The notes beneath the pieces are model-generated. The model saw only the letters and a list, made by a program, of their open reading frames with translations. It was not told the DNA's origin and did no database searches. From Minisyncoccota bacterium (GTDB lineage Bacteria > Patescibacteriota > Minisyncoccia > Phycocordibacterales > UBA9973), in the NCBI GenBank assembly GCA_035994985.1, contig DASYKZ010000013.1, positions 1,834-65,833 on the forward strand: 64,000 nt of DNA, written 5' to 3'. The first letter of the stretch is position 1, and the number at the start of each line of letters is the position of its first letter. The position numbers and the translations under genes are program-made. This document shows positions 37,898 through 47,774 of the stretch, piece by piece.

Positions 37898-38107
37898 ATG
37901 CCAAAATACGGACCAAAAGCAGGAAAGAAAATAGAAAAGGTGATGCATGAGTGGAAGAAAGGGACGCTGAAAAGCGGCAAGAGCAATAAAAAAGTGCGTA
38001 GCCGCAAGCAGGCCATCGCCATAGGTATTTCCGAAGCTCGCCGGGCCGGAACTAAAGTTCCTAAAAAGAAAAAAGCCAAAGCCCAAAAAAGTAAAAAGAA
38101 TTCTTAA
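37898..38107 (+). CDS. DUF6496-like small basic protein
   Basis: KIEKVMHEWKKGTLKSG...V.SRKQAIAIGISEARRAG. Confidence 0.85.
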   Translation: MPKYGPKAGKKIEKVMHEWKKGTLKSGKSNKKVRSRKQAIAIGISEARRAGTKVPKKKKAKAQKSKKNS

Positions 38108-38751
38108 GATCCATCAAGGTCGTTCCAGGCCAGGATTTTCCATTTATCTTTTTTGAACCAGTGTCTAGTCAAGGACACTATGGCCATGCTCGCATTGTTT
38201 ACCGGATTATAGGAACTCAATTTATTGTAAACTGATGCGCTAAGTGTATCTCCTTCCAGCATATACGCCACCACCATCTTGAGGAATATTCCATGAGTTA
38301 CCATGATGATTCTTTCCTCCCGCCTTCTCTTTATAAATTTCAACAGCTTTTTTGCACGCGCTTTTAAATCTACGAAATTCTCTTCGTCGGAAATGCGCAG
38401 ATTGTCCTCATGGAAGCTTTTATCCATCTGGTCTACGATGAGTTTTACTTTTGCATCTTCGCCCCACTGGCCGATGATTTCTGAAGGGTTTCTCCGCTCT
38501 ACCAACAAATCAGAGTATTCCACTTTCATGTTGAGTTCTTTGCCGATAATTTCTGCGGTCTCACGGGTGCGCTCAAAAGGGCTTGCGACGATGGCTTGGG
38601 GGCGGCCCCTGTGCTTTGGAAAGCGCTTTGCCGTCTCCAGGGCCTGAGTCCGGCCGAGCTCGGTCAGTCCGCCTTCAGCTCCTTGCCGGATGTTTTGGGC
38701 ATTGAGGACGGTTTCTCCGTGCCGGACGAAATATATAAGCTTGGTTGACAT
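38104..38751 (-). CDS. Histidine phosphatase (phosphoglycerate mutase family)
   Basis: FVRHGET, SP..RT.ET, VTHG. Confidence 0.92.
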   Translation of the reverse strand: MSTKLIYFVRHGETVLNAQNIRQGAEGGLTELGRTQALETAKRFPKHRGRPQAIVASPFERTRETAEIIGKELNMKVEYSDLLVERRNPSEIIGQWGEDAKVKLIVDQMDKSFHEDNLRISDEENFVDLKARAKKLLKFIKRRREERIIMVTHGIFLKMVVAYMLEGDTLSASVYNKLSSYNPVNNASMAIVSLTRHWFKKDKWKILAWNDLDGS

Positions 38752-38816
38752 ATATTGCTATTTTACTATAGATTTGTGCTATACTTAAGCTTATTAATAT
38801 TTAATATATAAATTTT

Positions 38817-39002
38817 ATGGCAACACTTATGGCTTTGTGTATGAAATGTAGGACTAACAACAAACCTACAATGCGGGAGATGAAGGACCCAGTAGTGACA
38901 AAGAACGAAAAGAATAGATACTCTGCAAAGGGCAAATGTTCTGTGTGCGGAGGTAACATGTTTAAATTCATGTCTGAGGCGGATGCAAAGCCTCTGATGT
39001 AA
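38817..39002 (+). CDS. Small zinc-binding protein (DUF5679-like)
   Basis: CMKC...REMKDP...KGKCSVCG. Confidence 0.75.
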   Translation: MATLMALCMKCRTNNKPTMREMKDPVVTKNEKNRYSAKGKCSVCGGNMFKFMSEADAKPLM

Positions 39003-39071
39003 TTTAGCGAAATTATGCCGCGCACCGTCCATTGAAGCGCGGCGCAATTATAAACCTAATTTCAAAATCAT

Positions 39072-39134
39072 ATGGCAAAAGGTACAGGCGCAAGGAAAGA
39101 AAAGAAGAAACCAAAGAAAGTAAAGACAAAATAA
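39072..39134 (+). CDS. Putative 20-aa Lys-rich peptide
   Basis: MAKGTGARKEKKKPKKVKTK; same AATCAT-ATG start context as 26221 and 37606; terminator follows. Confidence 0.5.
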   Translation: MAKGTGARKEKKKPKKVKTK

Positions 39135-39140
39135 AACCAA

Positions 39141-39170
39141 CTAAAAAGCCCCCACTCGGGGGCTTTTTAG
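39141..39170 (+). terminator. Intrinsic terminator
   Basis: CTAAAAAGCCCCC-ACTC-GGGGGCTTTTTAG. Confidence 0.8.
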
Positions 39171-39211
39171 TTGCTAGTGGCTTCAGAGTTTACATGCTAC
39201 AATCGCGGTAT

Positions 39212-40279
39212 ATGAACTTCATAAAATTTATCAGAATTTTTCTTTTAGTATTAATTGTTATAGGTATAGGACTTTTAGCGACTCAAAAATTCTGGGTGCC
39301 GAAAGTAGTTTATATGATTTTAAAGACGGACGGAAATCAAATACAACAGGCAACTTCTGTGGCAGCTAATGGAGAAGAGCTGTATTATGCCAAAGATGGG
39401 AAAATTTTTGTATTTAATACATCAAATAGCACAACAAAGCTTCTCACAGGGCTTCCGAATGTAACTAGCATAAGGTCTTTAACTTTTAGTGAGGATGGTA
39501 GGCATCTTCTTTTTACAGGTTATATAGACAACGAGAGTTCCATATTATATGATTATGACTTTGAAACCAAAAAAACAACAAATCTATATTCAGGGCCTTA
39601 TTTGACAGCTACATTTTCTCCGAATGGCAAATACGTCTTGGCAGAAGGGGGAGGTTACGTTGGGGATGGCAAAATAGCAATTATAAACTTAGAGACAAAA
39701 GATAAAATCGCTGATGGTTATGCGAGAACGATTAGATGGTCTCCTGATGGAAAAAAATATGCATTACAGGCGGCTGAAATAGATTTAAATAACTCTACTG
39801 GAGAGCATCAAACAATTAACTCTGTATTTGTTACTGCTGTTGAATCAGATAATATACAATACACAAATAGACCTACTATAGGAAACCTTGGTTCAAGTTA
39901 TGAACTCATACGATGGATAGATAATGATACTTTTGTATACAAGCAAATTGTTTTCGACCCTCCTTTTTTGCCTAAAGACCAACATAGCAAAAATGACAGC
40001 GAAAGAAAATATTGGCAAAACCATTACCAAAATAGTAAAAAATTGTACTTTAGCATAAATGTAAAAACTCTTGAAAAGAAAGAGGTTAAAGAACAAGAGA
40101 TAACATATCCAAAATATGATCCAAATACAGAACTACTCTCTCCACTTAAAGATTGGAAAATTGATCGAGTGGATGAAGACGAAATGGATGTAAGCCACTA
40201 TTATGTTGTTCGATTAAGCGATAAATTACGTGTTAAACTTGATGATAATATTACTACTGCCTGGCGACCTATAAAATAG
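39212..40279 (+). CDS. Membrane-anchored beta-propeller protein (TolB/WD40-like)
   Basis: TM then FSEDG, FSPNG, WSPDG repeats; start after TGCTACAAT. Confidence 0.75.
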   Translation: MNFIKFIRIFLLVLIVIGIGLLATQKFWVPKVVYMILKTDGNQIQQATSVAANGEELYYAKDGKIFVFNTSNSTTKLLTGLPNVTSIRSLTFSEDGRHLLFTGYIDNESSILYDYDFETKKTTNLYSGPYLTATFSPNGKYVLAEGGGYVGDGKIAIINLETKDKIADGYARTIRWSPDGKKYALQAAEIDLNNSTGEHQTINSVFVTAVESDNIQYTNRPTIGNLGSSYELIRWIDNDTFVYKQIVFDPPFLPKDQHSKNDSERKYWQNHYQNSKKLYFSINVKTLEKKEVKEQEITYPKYDPNTELLSPLKDWKIDRVDEDEMDVSHYYVVRLSDKLRVKLDDNITTAWRPIK

Positions 40280-40280
40280 C

Positions 40281-40312
40281 ATAAAAAAGCCCCTATTATG
40301 GGGCTTTTTTAT
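40281..40312 (+). terminator. Intrinsic terminator
   Basis: ATAAAAAAGCCCC-TATTAT-GGGGCTTTTTTAT. Confidence 0.8.
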
Positions 40313-40314
40313 GC

Positions 40315-40343
40315 TTGACTTGGATTTTCACTTAGTATATACT
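40315..40343 (+). promoter_or_regulatory. rRNA promoter
   Basis: TTGACT-N17-TATACT; boxA-like CTCTTTGAAAA near 40423. Confidence 0.75.
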
Positions 40344-40599
40344 TGCACCAGCGTCTTTCCTTGTATGGGATAGGGCGTTTTTGTTTCCATGGGCTAGATT
40401 TATCTTGCTCTTGCAACGAAAACTCTTTGAAAAGTGAATAAAATTGAGAACCCCGATTCAGATAGTCTCTGGGTCGGGAAGCAAGTCTCAAGAAGTTTTT
40501 TGAGTAATAATTTACGAGCTAGGACGGACAGATATATAAAGCAAAAGCATTGCTGTTTTTTGTTTTGTTTCGTTCTTACCCTTTCAATAGGGAATAACT

Positions 40600-42168
<1,569 letters not shown>

Positions 42169-42357
42169 TGAAAAATATCCCAATTTTAATTTATTAGAAT
42201 TGTGTATACCACCCGTTGGTATCGGATTTATTGAGTCGGTATTGTGTAGCTCAATTGACTACACAATGGAAAATAATAGAACTTCCTAAAAACTATTTGG
42301 CCGGAAGGAAAGACTTCTAAGTTATAGAACGAAACAAAACAAAGTACAGCAAACTAC

Positions 42358-42389
42358 AAAAAACACCTCGCGCAAGCGAGGTGTTTTTT
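42358..42389 (+). terminator. Terminator ending the 16S-only transcript
   Basis: AAAAAACACCTCGC-GCAA-GCGAGGTGTTTTTT. Confidence 0.85.
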
Positions 42390-42425
42390 AGTTGACATTT
42401 TAATAACTTTATATATAATAATTTA

Positions 42426-42710
42426 TGGGTATAAACAACACTATGGGTTCACTAGAGAGTCAGTCTACGCAAGACTTTTGTCTAGTGCAAGGATTCGATG
42501 CCTTGAGTGGAGTTCTTTAAGGAAATGTATTGTGCAGTATCAGCTGGAGGTTTTGAGAGAAAAGGGATCTATAAATGCTAATGGTAGGCGTTGTCAGAAA
42601 GTATAATTGACCTTTGATTCAAATAACCGTGAGTGAGAGACCAGCCGTATATGGAAATAAAGAACTTTGGCTCAGGGAGGGGTTGCTTTGGCAAAACCTC
42701 CCTTTAATTT
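42426..42710 (+). ncRNA. Candidate structured ncRNA (possibly 6S-like)
   Basis: TTGACA-N16-TATAAT at 42392-42419; long-range stem 42504-42519/42658-42674; terminator-like hairpin 42674-42703; no convincing ORF. Confidence 0.45.
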
Positions 42711-42741
42711 TTGTAAAATACTTTTATGGTACAATTTATTC

Positions 42742-43683
42742 ATGCAATCAGGCACGATAAAGCGAATTGGAATATTGCGGGGCGGAACAGGGAACGATTA
42801 TACTTCCTCTCTCCGTCATGGCGGCGATATTATTTCTCTTATCACGGAAAATCTTAGCGACAAATATAAAACGTTTGATATTTTAATTGATAAAGAAGGG
42901 GTCTGGCATTTAAACGGCCTGCCTGTAAAGCTGGAAGATTTGGCACACAGGATTGATATCGCTTGGAATACTTTGCACCCAAGCTTTGGTAATACATTAG
43001 AAAATTTATCTATACCGCATGTGAGTACCCGAGCTTTTTCTCATACGCTCGCGACGAGCCGTGAAATGCTCGCGGAGCATATGAGAAAAGCTGGCATAGA
43101 GCTGCCCCGGCATCTAGTCATACCCGTGTACCAAAAAGATTTCGACGGTGATAGAAGTAAATACTCTATAAAAAAAGCCAAGGAAATCCATGAAAAATTC
43201 GGCGCACCGTGGATTGTAAAATCTTTCACTCCCGATTCCAGCATGGGCATACATTTGGCGAAAACTTTTGATGAATTGGTGGGCGCGATAGAAGACGGAG
43301 TGAAACATGAAAAAAGTATCTTGGTGGAAGAATTTATTTCGGGCAAAATTGCTTCGTTCCATTCCGTGCCTCATTTCCGGGGCGAGGACATTTACAATTT
43401 TCCTCTTGGCAACACATATGGCAATTTTTCATCTTCTGAAAAAGATACATTACATGTTCTCGTCCGGCAGCTCTATACCCACCTTGGCGCGGGGCATTAT
43501 ATGAAGTCCGATTTTGTTTTGAACTCTGTGGGTAAAACTGGGAAAATTTATCTATTAAATATAGAACTTAGCCCGGACCTGCGGCCAGATTCGCATTTTT
43601 CCCAAGTCTGCGATATGGCAGGCGTAAAACCGCACCATGTGATAGAGCATATTCTGGAGCAGACCCATATTTTAGAGCTCTAA
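42742..43683 (+). CDS. D-Ala-D-Ala ligase-like ATP-grasp protein with degenerate motifs
   Basis: IGILRGG, PWIVK...SSMG, ILVEEFISG, SDF; EvNtxPG replaced by NIELSPD. Confidence 0.75.
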   Translation: MQSGTIKRIGILRGGTGNDYTSSLRHGGDIISLITENLSDKYKTFDILIDKEGVWHLNGLPVKLEDLAHRIDIAWNTLHPSFGNTLENLSIPHVSTRAFSHTLATSREMLAEHMRKAGIELPRHLVIPVYQKDFDGDRSKYSIKKAKEIHEKFGAPWIVKSFTPDSSMGIHLAKTFDELVGAIEDGVKHEKSILVEEFISGKIASFHSVPHFRGEDIYNFPLGNTYGNFSSSEKDTLHVLVRQLYTHLGAGHYMKSDFVLNSVGKTGKIYLLNIELSPDLRPDSHFSQVCDMAGVKPHHVIEHILEQTHILEL

Positions 43684-43704
43684 ATTTTATGTTATAATAG
43701 TACT

Positions 43705-43826
43705 TACAGATTGTTTTTATCTGTAGCGGGTGGTCGCACTCACATAGGCACACATGTTGGAGTTTCGCCATCACCCGCTTCAAATGCAAATAATTAAAAA
43801 ACACACTCCTCAGGGAGTGTGTTTTT
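43705..43826 (+). ncRNA. Candidate ~120-nt sRNA
   Basis: TGTTATAAT 43690-43698; hairpin TACAGAT/ATCTGTA; stem AGCGGGTGGT/ATCACCCGCT; terminator 43796-43826; no ORF. Confidence 0.45.
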
Positions 43827-43844
43827 GCCTGAGAGGAGTTATTT

Positions 43845-43951
43845 ATCCCAGTACTAAAATTTTAGTACTGTTTATAGCATAGGCTTTGATTTTTTGAGTT
43901 TTAAATTATATGTGCGCTTTATTTTTAATAATCAAAAATTTAGTACGGGAT
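43845..43951. mobile_element. MITE-like element
   Basis: Ends ATCCCAGTACTAAAAT / AAAATTTAGTACGGGAT; same ATCCCAGTA...TACGGGA ends as the 8249 element. Confidence 0.5.
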
Positions 43952-44161
43952 TCTCAAATTTTATAATCGTTAGCGCTTTTTAAAATTTGGAAGTTATCCA
44001 CAGTTTTGCTTGAAAAGTATTGTATTATGTTTTGATATGCGGGATAATTAATATAGTTCGTTGCGGTAATTTTTAAAAGTATTTTCTCAAATTTATTTTT
44101 GGAAAATATTTTTAGGTCGTTTACTGCAAACTAAATTAATAATTTAATTTAAAAAAATATT

Positions 44162-44263
44162 ATGGCAGCAAAAAAGAAGAAGAAGGCAGCTCCAAAGAAA
44201 AAGGTAGTTGCAAAGAAGAAGAAGGCAGCTCCAAAGAAGAAAGCAGCAAAGAAGCGAGCGTAG
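44162..44263 (+). CDS. 33-aa histone H1-like Lys/Ala-rich protein (missing from ORF track)
   Basis: MAAKKKKKAAPKKKVVAKKKKAAPKKKAAKKRA with its own leader and terminator. Confidence 0.8.
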   Translation: MAAKKKKKAAPKKKVVAKKKKAAPKKKAAKKRA

Positions 44264-44283
44264 TTTCTACTGTTCTCACTTAC

Positions 44284-44312
44284 AAAAAACCCCACCATTG
44301 CGTGGGTTTTTT
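44284..44312 (+). terminator. Intrinsic terminator
   Basis: CCCAC-CATTGC-GTGGG hairpin between an A run and a T run. Confidence 0.7.
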
Positions 44313-44350
44313 GTTTTTAATAAAGGGAAGTTTGTGCTAGAATATAACTT

Positions 44351-46897
44351 ATGTCTATATTTAGTAAGATATTTGGAGACGAAAGCTCCAAATTTGTTAA
44401 TAACAGCAAGGAAATTATAGCCAAAATCAATGCCTTTGAGGCGGATATGGGTAAGCTCGCAGATGCTGATTTTCCAAAGAAAACCCAGGAGTTTAGAGAC
44501 AGGCTGTCCTTAAAGGGAAGCAAAGAAACTTTGAAAGATATCTTGCCCGAAGCTTTTGCTTTGGTGCGGGAAGCAGCCAGGCGAAATTTGGGCGAGAGGC
44601 ACTACGACGTCCAGCTCATCGGAGGACTCGCCCTTGATAGCGGAAAAATAGTGGAAATGAAAACTGGTGAAGGAAAGACACTGGTGGCCACTTTGCCCGC
44701 ATACCTCAATGCCATAGAAGGCAAAGGGGTACATATTATTACTGTCAACGATTATCTCGCAAGGAGAGACGCGGTACTCATGGGCCAAGTCTACAATTTT
44801 CTCGGCCTCTCCGTCGGCGTCATCAATTCAAATAATGTTTCCTATATGTACGATGCGGCACATATAAAAGAAGATAAAGAGCGCGATACAGTGGGAGAAT
44901 TTAAAATTGTATATGAATTTCTAAAACCATCTACCAGAAAAGAATCCTACGCCGCAGACATTACCTACGGAACTAATCATGAATATGGCTTTGATTACCT
45001 TCGTGACAACTTGGCCACCAGAGTGGAAGACCTCGTCCAAAGAGAGCACAACTTTGCGATTGTGGACGAAGTAGACTCTATTCTCATAGACGAAGCCCGC
45101 ACTCCGCTCATTATTTCTTCTTCAGCGGGCGATTCGGAAGATTTTTACGTTAAATTTTACCAGATAGCCAAACAGCTGAAGCGGGATGTGGACTATGAAG
45201 TGGACGAAAAATTCAAGGCCATTACCCTTACAGATGCGGGTATTTCCAAGGCGGAAGGGCTTCTCGGCGTGGACAATATTTACACCGAAAAAGGCATAAA
45301 ACAGGTGCACCATCTGGAGACAGCCGTAAAAGCGCAGGCTATTTTTGAGAAAGACAAGGATTATGTGGTCAAAGACGGCGAAGTCATCATCGTAGACCCT
45401 TTTACTGGACGCTTGCAGCCAGGCCGCCGCTGGAGCGAGGGCATCCACCAAGCTATCGAAGCCAAAGAGGGCGTGAAAATCGAAAAAGAAACCCGCTCCA
45501 GCGGCTCCATCACATTTCAAAACTATTTCAGGTTTTACAAAAAGCTTTCCGGCATGACCGGTACTGCGCTTACCTCGGCAGAAGAATTTTTGAAAGTGTA
45601 TGGCCTTGATGTCATAGTAGTGCCGACGCACCGGCCAGTAATACGTAAAGACTTTCCAGATTTAATCTTCCAAAATGAGAAAGGGAAATTTCAAGCAATC
45701 GCCAAGAGAATCAAAGAATTAAACGATAAGGGCCAGCCGGTCCTAATCGGTACTATTTCAATCGAAAAAAACGAACTCCTTTCCGCATACCTAAAAGCTG
45801 AAGGAGTACAGCATACTATATTGAATGCCAAGAACCATGAAAAAGAAGGGGAAATCATAGCACAAGCGGGCAAACGGGCTGCCGTCACCATCGCTACAAA
45901 CATGGCCGGCCGCGGAATAGACATCAAGCTTGGCGGAAATCCTATCGTGCCCGAAGAATATGAATTCGTAAAAAATGCCGGCGGACTTTTTGTCTTGGGA
46001 ACAGAGCGGCACGAAGCGAGAAGGATAGACAACCAACTCCGTGGGCGCTCTGGACGCCAGGGCGACCCGGGAGGAACTCAATTTTATGTGTCGCTTGATG
46101 ATGACCTTATGCGGGTATTCGGCTCGGAGAAAATAAAAAATATGATGGGGAGGTTTGGCATACCGGAAGACCAACCTATTGAAAACCGCTTTATCGGGCG
46201 TACACTAGAGGGCGCGCAGGCAAAGATTGAGGGATTCCATTTTGATGCCCGAAAAAACACTCTTGAATACGACGATGTTATGAACCATCAGCGGAAAATT
46301 ATTTATGAAAGGCGCCAGAAAATGCTGCGCGCAGACAAGGGAGGTATTGAGACCTTGCTCCTTGAGGTGGCTTTGGGAAGGGAAGGCTTTGATAAAACAG
46401 TAGAGGAGAAAAAGGAGCAGCTTGGCGAGGAAGCTTTTAATGAAACAGTGCGCCGGGTGGCTCTCTATGCTACAGATGTGCTTTGGATGGAACATCTGGA
46501 ATCTATGGACTATCTGCGTTCCTCGGTAAACCTGCGGGCATACGGACAGAGGGAGCCGATAGTGGAATACAAGAAAGATGGACTCACTATGTTTAAAGAA
46601 ATGGAGGAATCTTTCAAAGAGCAAGTCGCTTCTCTCGTCCAGAATATCAATATTGAAGAAGCAAAGAATATGAAGAAAGAAGAAATTGTGGAGGCGGGGC
46701 AAACATTGGTCACGAGCCATACGGAGCCGACTGAACTTGGAGGTAAAAATACCGCTCTAAATATTGACGGTAAGGAAGTCGGTAGAAATGACCCTTGCCC
46801 ATGTGGAGCGATAAATCCGGCTACCGGTGAAGTCTACAAGTGGAAAAAATGTGGAATGATAAATGCTCCGCAGCACCGAAAATCTTTGATTAATTAG
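44351..46897 (+). CDS. secA: Preprotein translocase ATPase SecA
   Basis: EMKTGEGKT, VDEVDSILIDEART, IATNMAGRG.DI, QLRGRSGRQGDPG, GRNDPCPCG. Confidence 0.98.
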   Translation: MSIFSKIFGDESSKFVNNSKEIIAKINAFEADMGKLADADFPKKTQEFRDRLSLKGSKETLKDILPEAFALVREAARRNLGERHYDVQLIGGLALDSGKIVEMKTGEGKTLVATLPAYLNAIEGKGVHIITVNDYLARRDAVLMGQVYNFLGLSVGVINSNNVSYMYDAAHIKEDKERDTVGEFKIVYEFLKPSTRKESYAADITYGTNHEYGFDYLRDNLATRVEDLVQREHNFAIVDEVDSILIDEARTPLIISSSAGDSEDFYVKFYQIAKQLKRDVDYEVDEKFKAITLTDAGISKAEGLLGVDNIYTEKGIKQVHHLETAVKAQAIFEKDKDYVVKDGEVIIVDPFTGRLQPGRRWSEGIHQAIEAKEGVKIEKETRSSGSITFQNYFRFYKKLSGMTGTALTSAEEFLKVYGLDVIVVPTHRPVIRKDFPDLIFQNEKGKFQAIAKRIKELNDKGQPVLIGTISIEKNELLSAYLKAEGVQHTILNAKNHEKEGEIIAQAGKRAAVTIATNMAGRGIDIKLGGNPIVPEEYEFVKNAGGLFVLGTERHEARRIDNQLRGRSGRQGDPGGTQFYVSLDDDLMRVFGSEKIKNMMGRFGIPEDQPIENRFIGRTLEGAQAKIEGFHFDARKNTLEYDDVMNHQRKIIYERRQKMLRADKGGIETLLLEVALGREGFDKTVEEKKEQLGEEAFNETVRRVALYATDVLWMEHLESMDYLRSSVNLRAYGQREPIVEYKKDGLTMFKEMEESFKEQVASLVQNINIEEAKNMKKEEIVEAGQTLVTSHTEPTELGGKNTALNIDGKEVGRNDPCPCGAINPATGEVYKWKKCGMINAPQHRKSLIN

Positions 46898-46903
46898 AAA
46901 TTT

Positions 46904-47356
46904 ATGGAAGAAATAAATAGACCAAAAGTAGGAACGGGAATTTTCATTCTTAACGACAAGAAGCAAGTTTTATTTCAGAAAAGAACAGGCGCTCATGGAA
47001 CTGATAGCTGGGCTTTGCCGGGTGGACATTTAGAATGGCAGGAAAGTTTTCTAGAAAATGCTATTAGAGAAGGTAAAGAAGAGACTGACCTAGACATTCA
47101 AGATGTAGAAGTCGTTGGTGTCACTAATGACATATTTAAGGAAGAGAAAAAACACTATGTAACGATTTACATGAAAGTAACGAAATGGAGCGGAACTCCC
47201 AAAATAACTGAACCGGATAGATGCTTAGAAATGGATTGGTTTAATTTGGATAAGTTGCCTACGCCAATGTTTGTTTCAGATATAAACTTTTTTGAACTAA
47301 ATACGTTATGTTTATGTGGAAGTGGTAATAAATACAAGGAATGTCATGGAAAGTAA
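46904..47356 (+). CDS. NUDIX hydrolase (NUDT15-like) with C-terminal SEC-C motif
   Basis: PGGHLEWQES...AIREGKEET; CLCGSGNKYKECHG. Confidence 0.9.
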   Translation: MEEINRPKVGTGIFILNDKKQVLFQKRTGAHGTDSWALPGGHLEWQESFLENAIREGKEETDLDIQDVEVVGVTNDIFKEEKKHYVTIYMKVTKWSGTPKITEPDRCLEMDWFNLDKLPTPMFVSDINFFELNTLCLCGSGNKYKECHGK

Positions 47357-47696
47357 TTCAGAAAAAATAATGATCAACATTGGTGATTTTGCAAAACTGG
47401 AAATAAAAATAGGCACAGTTGTGTCTGCGGAAAAAATACCCGAAGGGGACAAGCTTTTGAAGCTTGTCTTTGATATTGGAGGCAATGAACATAGACAAGT
47501 CATGTCTGGCATAGCAGAATTTTTCCCCGACCCCTCTTCGCTTATCGGTAAACAAATGCCCCTGGTACTAAATCTTGAGCCTCGCAAACTACGCGGGTAT
47601 GAAAGCCAAGGAATGATACTGGCAGCTGACGTTGGTGGGAAAGCTGTTCTATTACAGCCTGAAACAGAAGTTCTTTCCGGGAGTGTCGTTAAATAA
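47346..47696 (+). CDS. Stand-alone tRNA-binding OB-fold protein (MetRS C-terminal/Trbp111/CsaA-like)
   Basis: DFAKLEIKIG...DKLLKL...NLEPRKLRGYESQGMIL. Confidence 0.9.
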   Translation: MESNSEKIMINIGDFAKLEIKIGTVVSAEKIPEGDKLLKLVFDIGGNEHRQVMSGIAEFFPDPSSLIGKQMPLVLNLEPRKLRGYESQGMILAADVGGKAVLLQPETEVLSGSVVK

Positions 47697-47774
47697 AAAA
47701 TAAAGATATTCTAAAAATTCAAGTTTTTTATCCACATCAAGGCATATGGAGCCGTGTGATATAATTAGAAAATT

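Noticed and set aside
39032-39211. N-terminal extension of the beta-propeller ORF
   Set aside because: It crosses a terminator and a small ORF in another frame; the ATG at 39212 follows a -10 box. Similar over-extensions were trimmed at 26176, 31228, 42667, 56261, 57290 and 57394.
42296-42315. CCGGAAGGAA resembling the SRP RNA tetraloop
   Set aside because: The flanking CAGG/AGCA internal loop is absent, and the site lies inside the 16S processing trailer.
42488-42505. T-arm-like hairpin CAAGG-ATTCGATG-CCTTG as a tRNA or tmRNA
   Set aside because: No cloverleaf, acceptor stem or CCA end.
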